Shown here piece by piece: positions 63,938 through 64,000 of a stretch of DNA of 64,000 nt. This stretch comes from Eledone cirrhosa (lineage: Eukaryota), in NCBI GenBank assembly GCA_964016885.1, contig OZ024742.1, forward strand, positions 91,946,001 to 92,010,000. The letters are read 5' to 3'. The notes under the pieces were generated by a model. That model saw only the letters and a list, made by a program, of their open reading frames with translations, did no database searches and was not told where the DNA came from. The number at the start of each line of letters is the position of its first letter. The first letter of the stretch is position 1. The position numbers and the translations under genes are program-made.

Positions 63938-64000
63938 AAATGATTTTTGTATACATACTCATGTAAAAGTCGGATATCGTAGACTATATTTTGGGGTTAA

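Overview
AT-rich, microsatellite-dense animal DNA. The SINE family, repeat landscape and protease type suggest a coleoid cephalopod such as Octopus; this is inference. The only host gene visible is the 3' part (three exons, 654-2009) of an S1 serine protease with a non-trypsin pocket. Almost all other long ORFs in the track are microsatellite translations or transposon remnants. Mobile elements: a hATm-type DNA transposon with an 8-bp TSD, an internally deleted mariner, three Tx1/L1-clade LINEs (two near full length) in (TATC)n or (ATT)n tracts, R4/Dong-type RLE fragments, CR1 and Penelope fragments, many tRNA-derived SINEs, MITEs and Helitron-like elements. Main finding: a non-coding ~472-500-bp tandem array (41481-43896, 5 units; a second locus at 24594-25336 and a decayed copy near 4.2 kb) in which each unit carries a type I hammerhead ribozyme. 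This is a candidate non-LTR retrozyme / circular-RNA system. At least four other hammerhead-bearing, Penelope-LTR-like families and several foldback insertion signatures occur in the same window. All structures were read by eye; no folding, alignment or database search was run, and boundaries of decayed elements are approximate.
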